The notes under the pieces: generated by a model
The model's input: only the letters and a program-made list of their open reading frames with translations
Databases searched by the model: none
Told to the model about the DNA's origin: nothing
NCBI GenBank assembly: GCA_051453625.1
Contig: JBOZIK010000001.1
Coordinates: 36,694,799-36,755,469 of the forward strand
Length of the DNA stretch: 60,671 nt
Direction of reading: 5' to 3'
From: Welwitschia mirabilis
Taxonomy: Eukaryota
Translations under genes and position numbers: made by a program
Part shown: piece after piece, positions 42,621 to 55,293 of the stretch
Numbering within the stretch: the first letter of the stretch is position 1
Layout: every line of letters begins with the position of its first letter

Positions 42621-45600
42621 TTTTGTTGCCATTACCAAGGAAGGCTACTTAGAGTTCAAGGATTGTTATTACTCAAATAAGTAGTTTGGATTTTGCTTTA
42701 GGTATTTATCTATAATAGCATTATATTCTTATAGTATAAAAATAGGTTTTTCTCTTTGCATTGTTTGATTTGCATTTTAAAAATAGTGCCTTATCATCCC
42801 CCTCATCATTTAGATAATGTGCGATGATGATGGCTTATGAAACTTAGGGTTTTTTTTATTTTTTTAAAAACTAGATGTTTCTTATCATCTCTTCTATCAT
42901 CCAGATGACTTAGTGGATGACTGTCAGTATTCATTTTATGTTATTTCATGATTTTATTTTTCTATGTATTTCATTTTTAGTATTTGTGTCTATTGTTGTC
43001 TAGGTACATTATCTGGATGACCATAGAGATGATATTTACAAAATAGAACTAAGCATGATGGAACACGATAAACTCTGGTAAAGGACCAAAATATCAGACA
43101 GAGTAACTATTAATCAAAGAAATCATCCATAAGTTTTGATCGACTATGAACTAAGCCCAGGTACATTCACCCTAGGTATGCAAAATATTCCAAGAATTGT
43201 GTAAGAAGATTTTTCTACATTTATTATTTCTGTATCTAATTTTTTCAAAGAAAATTTTTCAAGAGAAAGTTTAGAAGAAAATCATTTTATTACAATGTCA
43301 AATTCTACACAAAAACAAAAATAAGTTACTCCACCTAATCCCCTTATCATGATTGAAACCTCTACTACTCTTGTGAATCCAAATGCTAATGTTACTCTTA
43401 AAGAACTAATTGTAAATAAGAAGCATAAAATTCAAAATTATTTAAACCTACCTCCTAGTAATGATGTTGAGATTATAAATCTAAATTCTTATCTTAGTTT
43501 TAATGGAGAAAATGATTAATATTCCCTCCAACATATAGCTGACATCAAAAAATTAGTGCTTACTTCTAGAAATGGTAAAAAATGAATTAGCGATCATACT
43601 TATATGGTTCCATTTCCTATCACTTTAAAAAGAAAAGTAAAATTATGGTTAGGAACTATTCCTTATAAGAGCTTAAAAACATGGAACCAAGCTTAAAAAT
43701 CATTTATAAAAATATTTATGAGTAAAACAAAAATAAGAAAAGGAAAGAAAGAGGTAACAAATTTCCAAGAACAACCTAATAAAAATTATGCCTCTACTTA
43801 TAAATGATTTTTCATTGCAATACATTCTAATTTTACATTTACTAAAGAAGAATCAGTAGAATATTTCTATAGTGGACTTAATAGCCAAATCAAACAACTG
43901 GTAGATTTTTCATGTGAAAGAAGTTTAATGAATTTTACATTAGAAAATGCATGGATATTATTAGAAGAACTAATAGAAGTAAGTCAAATATGGCCTAAAC
44001 CAACACCTAAAGAAAATTGTATTGTAGGACAAATCATAAAAGATCTTAAAGAAGTAAAACAAGAAACGGAGGAAGTAAAAAAAAAAAAAAAATATCATTA
44101 AGGACTTCATAACAACATTAGAAAAATACACTTAAATGATTTTAGATTCAAAATTTTCAATTGAAAAAAGTATAATTCCAACTTTTGATTTATGGGAAGA
44201 CAACTATCATATAACAAAAGAATATCCTTTATTGCCTGGTTACAAAGAAAGCATTTATGAACAGGTATATGCATTCAATCAAAATTCTTCAAACTTTAGA
44301 ACCCAAAATCAAAATCAAAATCAAAAGCAATTTCAACATAGGATGAATGAATAGCCTAACTTATAATATTTTAGAATAAATTTAAGAAATTTCAAGTAAA
44401 TCATCTAAATTTTCAACCATTTAGAAATAGATTTGAGAATGCTAAATTTTAAATAAACAACTAAAACTTCCAACAAAGTAACTCAAATTATCAAGCAAGC
44501 ACATCAAATTCTTAAAATCAAAATTATCCACTTATAGATTTCATTGATAAATTAAGAAAATGTTAAGAGAGGATAAATTTAAACATTGAAAATCTAGTTA
44601 ATGTTCTTTAACAAACTATGCTTGCAAATCAAATACCACAAGGATCACTTATAATACAAAATTTACCAAATCCTAATGCAGTAAGAAAAGATTGTAAGCT
44701 TGTAATAAGAAGTGAAAATAAAATAACACCTCCTACCCATAAGGCTTCAACTTCTTAAAATGATAAGAATGATGAAGAAGAGGATATTGAAATCTCAGAA
44801 AATCATACTTTTCCTTCTCCTTTAAGTACTAAGCTTAATAAGAAAAAATCTTCTTAAAATATAGGTAATAAACTTGCTACCCCTTAGATTGAGAGGTTAA
44901 ATACAATCCTACCCTTAATGATTATCTTAAAGCCTTAATACAAAATGTGAGCATAAATTTATCATTTGGAAACTCTTGTAAGAAAATTTTAAATATTCTA
45001 AGTTATGGAAAGATCTAATTAAGAGGAAATAAAAATGAACCATACCGAGTAAAGTCTTCCTAGCCCAATCTATAACCAACTTAGTTTTGCAAAAAATTCC
45101 AAAATTTAAGAATCGAGAGGTAGCAACAATTAGTATCACATTAAAAGAAAATAAAAAAATAAAGAAAGCCTTAATTGATATAGGAGTGAGTGTTAATATT
45201 ATGCCTTTACACATTTATCAACTACTTAGTTTGAAAAGTAGACTTGAGCCTACATGTATTATCTTAGAATTTGCAGATACATTAGTAAAAAACCTTTAGG
45301 AATAATAAAAGACTTGGTGATTTAAATTGAGTCAGCATTCTATCCAATAGATGTGGTTATGATTGAAGTTAAGCATAATGGAGGTTATCCACTATTTCTA
45401 AGTAAAGAATTTTGTGTAATAGCCCATTGTATTATTGATACAAGAACTAGAATGATGGAATGTCATTTAGAAAATAAAAATTTTACCATTAGAGTTTTTG
45501 ATGCTACTGAAAATGACCTAAGCGATAAGTTGAATATTGAAGGAGAAACTAAGTCGATACTATTTTTACAACATTATCAACTTGAAGAAAGATGATTAAT

Positions 45601-48600
45601 GCTTCATAAGCCTACCTTGTTTTATGATCTGCTTAAAGTAGAAATTTGAAAACTTTCAATGATAATCAATTCAACTATAAGCATTTAGGTACCAACTATT
45701 TTGATCAGGGAACTGAAGAAACTACAACTACAATCTATAAAGAAGTTAAACATTTGAAAACAACTAAGATTTTATATTTTTAGGGAGGTCATCTACCAAA
45801 GTTATCTGAATGATAATATGAGATAAGAATCAATTCTAATAAAAAATTAACAAAAACTAAAAATTTAAATTTAAATTTAAAACCTTTACCCAGTGGACTC
45901 AAAAATATCTTTCTGTGTAATGATTAGAATAAATTATTAATAATACACAAGAATCTTTTTCCTTAACAAGAATCAATTCTAATCTCACTTTTGAATACTA
46001 AGGTAAATGCGTTTTCTTGGATCCACAAAGATTTAATAGTAGTTTCTACTTCCATTATTCAACATAAAATATACCTTGAGGATAATGCAAAACTGTTATG
46101 CAATCCCAATGTAGAATAAATCGAGTTCTTAAACAAGTTATGAAGAATGAAATCATTAAATTGATGAATTCTAAAATTATTTATGTCATATCTAAGAATG
46201 AGTGGATTAGCCCTTTGACGATAGTTCTTAAAAAAGATGGGAAGTGAAGAATGTGCATTGATTTTAGAAAGCTAAATGAAGTAACCAAGAAAGACCATTA
46301 TCCTTTACCTTTTCTTGACTAGATACTTGATAGAATCTAATGACATACCTTTTATTAGTTTTGTAATGGGTATAGTTGTTACAATCAAGTTTGTATAACT
46401 AGTGAGAATCAAGCTAAAACAACTTGTACTTTATCTTTTAGAACATTTTCTTTAGATGCATGCCTTTTGGACTTGGTAATGCTCCTGGTAACTTTTAATG
46501 TGCAATGATGAGTATCTTTTCAAATATGTTAGAGGATTCAATTGAAATTCTTATGGATCACTTTTTAATCTATGGTAAAAACTTTAAACAAATATTAGAA
46601 AGGTTAGAAAAAGTCCTTGATAGATGCATTGAGAGTGGCCTATTTTTGAGTTGGGAAAAGAGTTTCTTTTTATTTGATAATGGAATTATCTTAAGTCACC
46701 ACATTTCTAGTAAAAAAATTAGGATGAACTTTAAATAAGTAAGTATCATTAAAATCCTAACTTCTCCAATAAATGTAAAATAAGTTCGATCTTTCCTTAG
46801 TCATTGTGTTTTTTATTGTTCTTTTATTTAGGAATATGCCAAAATTTTTCCTTTACTTGTTACTTAAAAAATAAGATAAATTTGAATGGAATGAATCTTA
46901 TTAGCTAGATTTTAAAATTATTAAGGATAAAACCTCTTCTGCCCTTATTGTAATAGGACTTAATTGGAATAAATATTCTGAGTTAATGTGTGATGCTAGG
47001 AATTTTGTCATGGATGGGTTTCTTGGAGTAAAATATGAAAATGATTTTAAAAGTTATATATTATCATATCAAAACATTTTTTAAAGCTCAAATGAATTAT
47101 ACTACTACTAAGAAAGAAATATTAGCCATAATCTTTTACTTTATATGCTTAGACACTCTATTTTAGGCTTTCATATAAATGTTTACACAAACCGTGCAGC
47201 AATTAGATACCTTATGACCAAGAAAGATTATAATTCTAGACTCATTTAATGGATCCTCCTCATGTAAGAATTTAATCTCACAATCATTGCTAAAGAAGAA
47301 AAACATAATAGTGTAGTAGCTCATTTGTCATATCTTTCTTATTCTCTTGATGATCTTATGATTAATGATTCTTTTCTGGATAAATAATGTTTCATTATAT
47401 CTTCCACTCACCCTTCTCCTTGGTATGTTCACATAGTTAATTATCTTACTACCATGAAAACACCATTACATTAAACTCATAATTTAAGAAAATCTTTTCT
47501 CCATGTAGTAGGTGATTATGAATGGATAGAGCGACATCTTTACAGCAGGTGCAAAGATCAAATCATGAGAAAATGTATGTCTGAAGGGGAAAAATCAAAC
47601 ATCCTTCATCTTTACCATAGTAGTATTTGTCGATGCCATTATAGTGAATATAAAATAGCAATAAAAAGTTTTCACGCTGGTTTTTATTAGCCTAGTCTTT
47701 TTCAGGACTCTATTGATTTTGCTAGAAGGTGTGATGCTTGTCAACATTATGGTAGACTTATTCATTCTAATGCTATGCTTATTAAATCCATTTTAGAATG
47801 TTAACCTTTTTATTATTAGGGGCATTGACTTTATCATCCCTATTAAACTACCTTCTCGTGATAAGAATTACATTTTAGTGGCTATTTATTATGTTACCAA
47901 ATGAGTTAAAGCTATTCGTACTAATACAAATGATGCCCAAACTACTTGTAACTTTATTAGAGCTCATATTTTTCAATGTTTTGGCTTTTCTATAATTTCA
48001 TTCATGATCAAGGAACTTATTTCATAAATTCTATTTTTAGAAGACTTCTTTTATCCATTGGAATTAAACATAGAGTTGCTTATGCTTATCATCCTTAATC
48101 AAATGGTTAAGCTAAAAATGCAAATAGAGAAATAAAGAAAATGTTTATTTTTGTTAATAAGCAATCTTTATCTTGTAAGCCTAATAATATTCTTTGGGTC
48201 TATTATACTTCTTGGCATAATTCTCTTGGTTTTTCACCTTATAAACTTGTATAGGAAAATGTTTGTGTTTTACCTGTTGATATTTATTATAACTCTTACT
48301 GTTATACACATCAACTTAATCTTGTAGGCTTATTATAATAACAAAGTTAACTCATAAAATGTTTGAGCCTGGTTAACTCATTTTTCATATAACACTCGAG
48401 TACATCTTTTACATAATAAGTTGGCTTTTAAATGATTAGATCCTTATCTTCTAGAAAAAATACACTCTAACAGCTTAGTTTAAATTTCTAACTTGACTAA
48501 TAGGGATACTTAAAAAGTTAATGGACAAAAATTGGAAATATATGAAAAACCTTTTAATGTAGCCTTGAACATGATAGAAGAACCTATTTTAGAGGTTTCT

Positions 48601-51599
48601 CTTGATGAGAAAGAATTCCTCCCTATCATTATCTGAATTCTTTCTTAGCCCATTCCTTTGATGGACATTATGATATCACTTGACTTGTGCATTATTTTAT
48701 GAAGTTACCATGAATAGTACTCNNNNNNNNNNNNNNNNNNNNNNNNNNNNNNNNNNNNNNNNNNNNNNNNNNNNNNNNNNNNNNNNNNNNNNNNNNNNNN
48801 NNNNNNNNNNNNNNNNNNNNNNTTTGAATTCTAAGCTTAAAAATGTTTTTTTAGCTTATTGTACTACTTAGCATAATTCTCTTAGTTTTTCACCTTAGGA
48901 ACTTATATACAGAAAAGTTTATGTTTTACTTGTTAATGTGTGTTATAACTCTTATCGTTCTTTCCATCAACTTAATCTTATAGATCTTAATGAAAATCTT
49001 GAGAATAGATTAGTCCAACTTAATCACTTAGATGAAAAAGATACTCATTCTATACATTGTTAACTCATTCATGAAGCCCAAGTTAAGTTCAAACATGATA
49101 GAAAGTTACTTCATAAAAAGTTTGAACCTAGTTAACTTGTTATTTTATATAATACTAGAGTACATATTTTACACAACAAGTTAACCTCTAAATAGTTAGG
49201 TATTCATGTTATAAAAAAATTGCATTCTAATGACTCTCTTAAGGTTTCTAACTTAGAAACTAAGGAGATTTAGAAAGTTAATGGATAAAGGTTGGAAATA
49301 TATGAAAAACCTTTTGATGAAACCTTGAACATGATAGAAGAAATTATTTTGAAAGTTTCTCTCAATGAAAGGACTTCCTCCCTATCATTATTTGAATTCT
49401 TTCTTAGCCTATTCCTTTTATGAATGTTATGATATTACTTGATCATCTTTCACTTAAGTTATGTGTTTGCTTTATAAAGTTTTCATGACTAGTGTTCATA
49501 CTTAGGCATTTTTAAAGTGCTAAGATTAGATTCACTTAATCTTAAAACATTCATATGTTTATAAACTTTACTTTGAAGGAATATGCCTTGGTTTTTGTAA
49601 TTTTTTTTTTTAATGATGTAAGGTTTTTGGTTATTTAGGTGTATTATTTTTTGTCTTTTATCTCACTTCTTCACATTCATCTTTTTGAGTGTGTAATCAT
49701 GTAGGAATTATTTGTGTAAAAAAAAAGATAGGAAGAATAATGAACATGATCTATTGTATCTACTAAAATACATGGTCACCATGATGTCATACTACACCAG
49801 GATAAATTTTTCTAAAGGAATCTTTAGCAATGTTAATAGTTGTAGAAACTCCACTGCAGGGTTAGTGAGCCATGCTTTGTGGGTTTTTACCTTTTTTTTT
49901 TTTTTACTATGGCTGCACTCCCCTCATCATGGAAAGTAGTAATAAAACTTTGAGGCTATGAGATCAGTGGTGTTTTTGGTGTCATCAAAGGCATTTCTTA
50001 TTTCCTAGACTCTTAGTATTTCTACATAATCATTTCTCTTTTAAGGATTTAAGGATGTTTTGCATTGTGAGCAAGTTAGTTCATTTCTGAGTAGCATTTG
50101 ATTTTATTATTCATTATTTTGAGCACTTAATATATGGTGTTGTCATAATCATTGACTTTTTAAGTGGAACTTTATAGAGTCAATATGTTTTGTTATGCAT
50201 CATTGCTCAGGTGGTTTTATGATTTCTTCTGAGGGAGTTTGCTAGGTTAGAATTTAAAGGAGGTAAGCTATGTTCTTCATGGTCCTTGTGTCCATTTTCG
50301 TTGTCATCTTTCTTTGGTTCTTTTGTTTGTTATCTTAAATTCATTTCCATATTTTTTTCATCATCATTTATAGGACATTATCATTTAATAGTTTCCTTAT
50401 TAATATTTTCATTTTTACCCATGTTGATTTATTAATAAAAATTTGACTTTCTTTTAAACATTTTAAATAGATGATATTTTCTTAATTTTTAGATGATTTT
50501 ATTTATGATTTTTATGAGATTCCTTTAAGTATTTAGAAGTTCTACATATTTTCATGATTATCTTTTATTTTGGGTACATTTATTTAGTTTTATTTATCAG
50601 ACTTCACTTACTTAGTGCATTTTGATTACCCTATGTTTTGATTCTTTTGAGCTTTCCTCATTATTCTCAGTTGTTATGACTCTTCATCATTTCCTATTTT
50701 TTGAGTTTTTTGATAAAATATGATACCTTCATGTTGATATTTAAGCCTCTTGTTTGGATGATATCTTTATTTTTATGAAATTATTTAGAGTTTCATTGTC
50801 TACCAAGTTGTCCAGATGACATGGGGAATAATAGCTAAGATTTTTCTGAGAGTCATCTTAGGGCTGTCATCTAGATGATATGATTGAAGATAGTGTAATA
50901 AAACTATGAATTTGTTTTTACCCTTTATTTTTCTCCTATTTTTTGTTATTTTCATTTGTTCCTTTAAGAGACAATAGTCACTTTGGTCCCTACAACATTA
51001 TGGAACTTTCTTCCACTAGATTAGAACTCTAGATTGTGAATTTTCAATGAATTTTGTAAAATGAGGTATGTTTTTCTCTACCTTATTATTTTAATTTTTT
51101 CTTCTATTTTTTATCCTTGTAACATGTAGTTTTAACGTATATCATTTAGTTTTTTGTTCTCTTCAACTTGGATCTTACCGATCTGATTTTCACTGCTTAT
51201 TTTATGAGGTATCTTGAATTGTGCATTTATAAGGTAGAACTAGGTTTTTAACTTTAAACCTTATTTTCTCAAAACTGTAAGTTAAAACATAGTATTACTT
51301 TAGGAAAAATTGATCAGCACAATGCACTTTACGATTCTATTAGATTAGATTTTTATTTTAAGTAGCTTCATTTTTTACCTTATGTGAGGCTCATCACTTT
51401 TATACATTTTAACTTTTTCTCATGCTTTACATTTTTTTACTTGATTAGGAAATACAGAACATATTGATATCTTGAGGAGGGAAACATGACATATTTTTAT
51501 GATTTTTAGATGTTAAAAGGAGCTTTGACGTGACACATTTTAGCTATCTCTACTTGATCTCACATGATGAATTTCATGTTTATAACTATTAGGCCAATC

Positions 51600-52750
51600 A
51601 CACATAGAGTAAAATAGGCCAAGGTAGAGGACGAGACAGAAGAGTAGGAGGCAGGTACATTAGCACCACAAGAGGTTAAGCGGGCAGAGCCAGTCCACCT
51701 CCACCTTGCTAGGCAAGGTCTCTCTCAATTTAAGTAGATGCCATTCATATAGAGAGATATTTTGAGGATTTCATGAGATGATTAAAGAAAAATATGGATT
51801 AGAGGTTGATAGATCTATAGATCCAGTGGATCATAGATGCATAGGAAGCATATTACATTTTGGAGACTAGAGAAATTTATGATATTATACATATAGAACA
51901 ACATTTTAATGCTTGTAAATAGCTAGTTGATATGATCATAGTTACCATTCACAAATATGAGATAGTGATTCTATCAAATCATATTACTGCTATTACTGAT
52001 TTAAGTGATATTGGGAGTACTCATATTCATTTATCTAGTGATATAAAGAAGTTTCATGCTTATAGTGTAGCATTAGATATTTCAACTGACTTGACCAATG
52101 ATAGGCAGAAAATCTTATTACATAGTTATCACTTTGCCTATTAGATTCTTCACAAAGGACTAATTCATAACATTAGATCATCATTCTATGAGAGTTACAC
52201 TATGATTGTACACCTTCAGATGCTAGCAATGTTTTAGCAAGGGGAGTGAATGGATCTATCAACCTTTATTTAAAGGAGGCTCAGGAGTATGATCAAGGCA
52301 TCGTAGCTACAAACTTTGGGATATTCTTGCCTCCTCTCAGACATGTTTAGATGCTTTAGTATACCCCAGCATATAAGTGAGCAGAGACTCACACGTATTC
52401 AGAATTCAGCTCATTACCTATAGAACATGGGCATTTAGATACCAAAATAGGCAGAAGATCTCAAATACAAAGACCTAAAATCGACATCACTATTGAGTAG
52501 ATTTAGACTCTTCTAGTAGAGATGACATACAGCATTAGAGAGATAGTAAACCAAGGCATTGCTACACTTGAGTAGAGGATCTCTATAATTGAGAGCAGAT
52601 TAGAGTATACCAAGGAGTAGTTGGTTGATGTATGTCAGTACATCTTATGTATTAAGCATGGTGTGATAGTTGACCATTCACAGGCAGTTAGAGTATAGGA
52701 GAATAGACATTACATTCCATCATGACATTATTGAACCATTGTTTTCCTAC
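51600..52750 (+). pseudogene. Decayed extra (env-like position) ORF of the Athila-like element
   Basis: More GC-rich, coding-like block between integrase and the PPT. It starts acidic (VEDETEE*EAGTLAPQEV) and has a heptad-like end (IATLE*RISIIESRLEYTKE*LVDV). Athila elements are known to carry an extra ORF at this position. Confidence 0.5.
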
Positions 52751-53373
52751 AAATCTTGATAACTCTTCTTCTTTTCCACCTATACCTAAGCCTATTGTGC
52801 ATTAAGAGTTCATCATAACATGATGAGGGAGTGACTTACTATGATTATATTATGTATCTTCCCTCCATGGATTGTATAAAAACTCATGATTTATCTAGAC
52901 ATATTACTTTTTGAGTATCATCATGATGTACATCTTCATTGTTAGTTATTATACATATCTTTTACATATCATTTTTTGACACTTCATTATGAGGAATTTT
53001 TATGTTATACATAATTATTTTTTTAGTATCGATGGTACATTTGAGTGGGGGGTTGTTAACTTTGATGCATTTTAATGTTTATCTTTCTAAAAAATGTTTA
53101 GCAAGCTTCCATTTTGCAAGACCAATTTTTGAGCCTGTCATCCACTCCATTTTCTAGATGACCATCAGGATGATAGTACGACCACTTACACTATACAAAT
53201 GAAATATTTAGTTATCTATTTTTAACATTTCTATTCTGCATTCTTAGATTTCTAAGATTATTTTTGAGTTTATTTCATAATTTTCTAGTGGATTTATCTT
53301 TAGCAAATATAGCTCACAATCATAATTGTTCACCTAGTTTTATCAGGGACTAACAAGGCTAAGTGGGGTGATA

Positions 53374-54627
53374 TGTTATGCTACCAAATTATATGTATTT
53401 GTTAGGGTATTTTGAGTAGTTTTGTAGGAAATTAAATAGATTTATGCTAAGTTTTGATAATAATAAAAAGCTAAGGCAGATATCACAAAAGATGCAATAT
53501 TCATTACATTTGATTATATCTAAAGCCAATCATAATACTTCTGATCTCAAGTAGCAATCCTATAATTAAAGAGCCTAATTCAATACAAGAAACATCTTTA
53601 TGAAAGCCATCATTTACCTCATCATCTAGATAACTATACAAATGATAAAAGTACTTATATTGATAGGGATGCTTTCTAGACTGACCTAGTAGCTAATGTA
53701 GAACTTGTATGATGTGGCATTATCTCTTGTAACATTCAGATAACTAAGAGGATGATATCTAAAAAAAATGCTTCAAAAAACTCCACTAAACTTTTACCAT
53801 GTGTTGTGCAACATATTGCATGGTTGTTACAATTTTTTACTACATTTGATAGTGCTTGCTTTTTTAGAATCTATTTTTTAATAAATATGTCCTTAGCCCT
53901 CAACTCCGATTTTATCTTCTTTTGCATTGAAAATTCTCAAAATAGGAGATCGAAGGACAGGATGTCTATTCCTTATTATTATAGAGATACATATTCCTTG
54001 GTGTTGGGCTATGCATCCTTTATTGAGGTGCTACTGCTTTGTAACACATATGTTGGTTCAACTTAATCAAAACTCTATTTTTATTTTTATATCTTTTTTT
54101 TATATGAATCTTCCTTATGGTTTACGTTGCTTTTAATTCTCTAATAGCTTCATTTATGATATAGATCATGAGGGAAACCTTTGTTAAGATTGACATGATT
54201 AGTTTAGGTGCATTTCATTTCATTTTCTAGATTAACTTTGCATGATTTTCATATTCTATTTGATGTGCCTGATATCTTATATTGGTCTTGGTGTGATAAC
54301 GGATTTTTTTGATTGATCTAGGTTATATAGGATCAATCTCTGTGATAGGTTTATTTGATAATAAGATAAATGTTGCATTCAAAATAGAACTTGCATCTCA
54401 TTTATATAGTATATTGTTATTTTGCATTGTTATTATTTTACTTAGAGATTACATAATTATTTCATTTGAAATTAATTCTCTTTCTTCTCACCTATGCCTT
54501 CGATAAAATTACGACATTTGGATTACTCCCATCTATATTAGTATATTATATTATTTAATATATATATTTTGGTAATTTTTAGGATTTGTTTGAGGATGTA
54601 ATGTTTGCATGAATACATACCACAACA
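53374..54627 (+). repeat. 3' LTR of the full-length Athila-like element
   Basis: Follows the PPT. Starts TGTTATGCTACCAAAT and ends ACCACAACA, followed by the TSD AATAT. Confidence 0.9.
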
Positions 54628-55293
54628 AATATTTTACACAAGCTTGATCATTTCATTACTTTGGTAAAAAAGGAAACATGTTTACAAATAAAAATTGTGT
54701 TTTATCTATATAATAAAATTATATAAAGGATTTAAAAGATTTATCCTTTTCCGTTTCAAGGTCCTCTTTAGAGTTTTGTNNNNNNNNNNNNNNNNNNNNN
54801 NNNNNNNNNNNNNNNNNNNNNNNNNNNNNNNNNNNNNNNNNNNNNNNNNNNNNNNNNNNNNNNNNNNNNNNNNNNNNNNNNNNNNNNNNNNNNNNNNNNN
54901 NNNNNNNNNNNNNNNNNNNNNNNNNNNNNNNNNNNNNNNNNNNNNNNNNNNNNNNNNNNNNNNNNNNNNNNNNNNNNNNNNNNNNNNNNNNNNNNNNNNN
55001 NNNNNNNNNNNNNNNNNNNNNNNNNNNNNNNNNNNNNNNNNNNNNNNNNNNNNNNNNNNNNNNNNNNNNNNNNNNNNNNNNNNNNNNNNNNNNNNNNNNN
55101 NNNNNNNNNNNNNNNNNNNNNNNNNNNNNNNNNNNNNNNNNNNNNNNNNNNNNNNNNNNNNNNNNNNNNNNNNNNNNNNNNNNNNNNNNNNNNNNNNNNN
55201 NNNNNNNNNNNNNNNNNNNNNNNNNNNNNNNNNNNNNNNNNNNNNNNNNNNNNNNNNNNNNNNNNNNNNNNNNNNNNNNNNNNNNNNNNNNNN

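Larger units (their letters stand above)
41380..54627 (+). mobile_element. Full-length but decayed Athila-type Ty3/gypsy LTR retrotransposon (13.2 kb)
   Basis: 5' LTR 41380-42620 and 3' LTR 53374-54627, both TG..CA. TSD AATAT at 41375-41379 and 54628-54632. PBS TTTTGTTGCCATTACCAAGGA at 42621-42641 (decayed tRNA-Asp type). Gag-like region ~43050-44900; protease ALIDIGVSVNIMP ~45170; RT RMCIDFRKLN..KKDHYPLPF, MPFGL, ILMDHFLIYG; RNase H LMCDA; integrase CDACQ, DQGTYF. PPT AAGTGGGGTG at 53361-53370. Confidence 0.95.
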
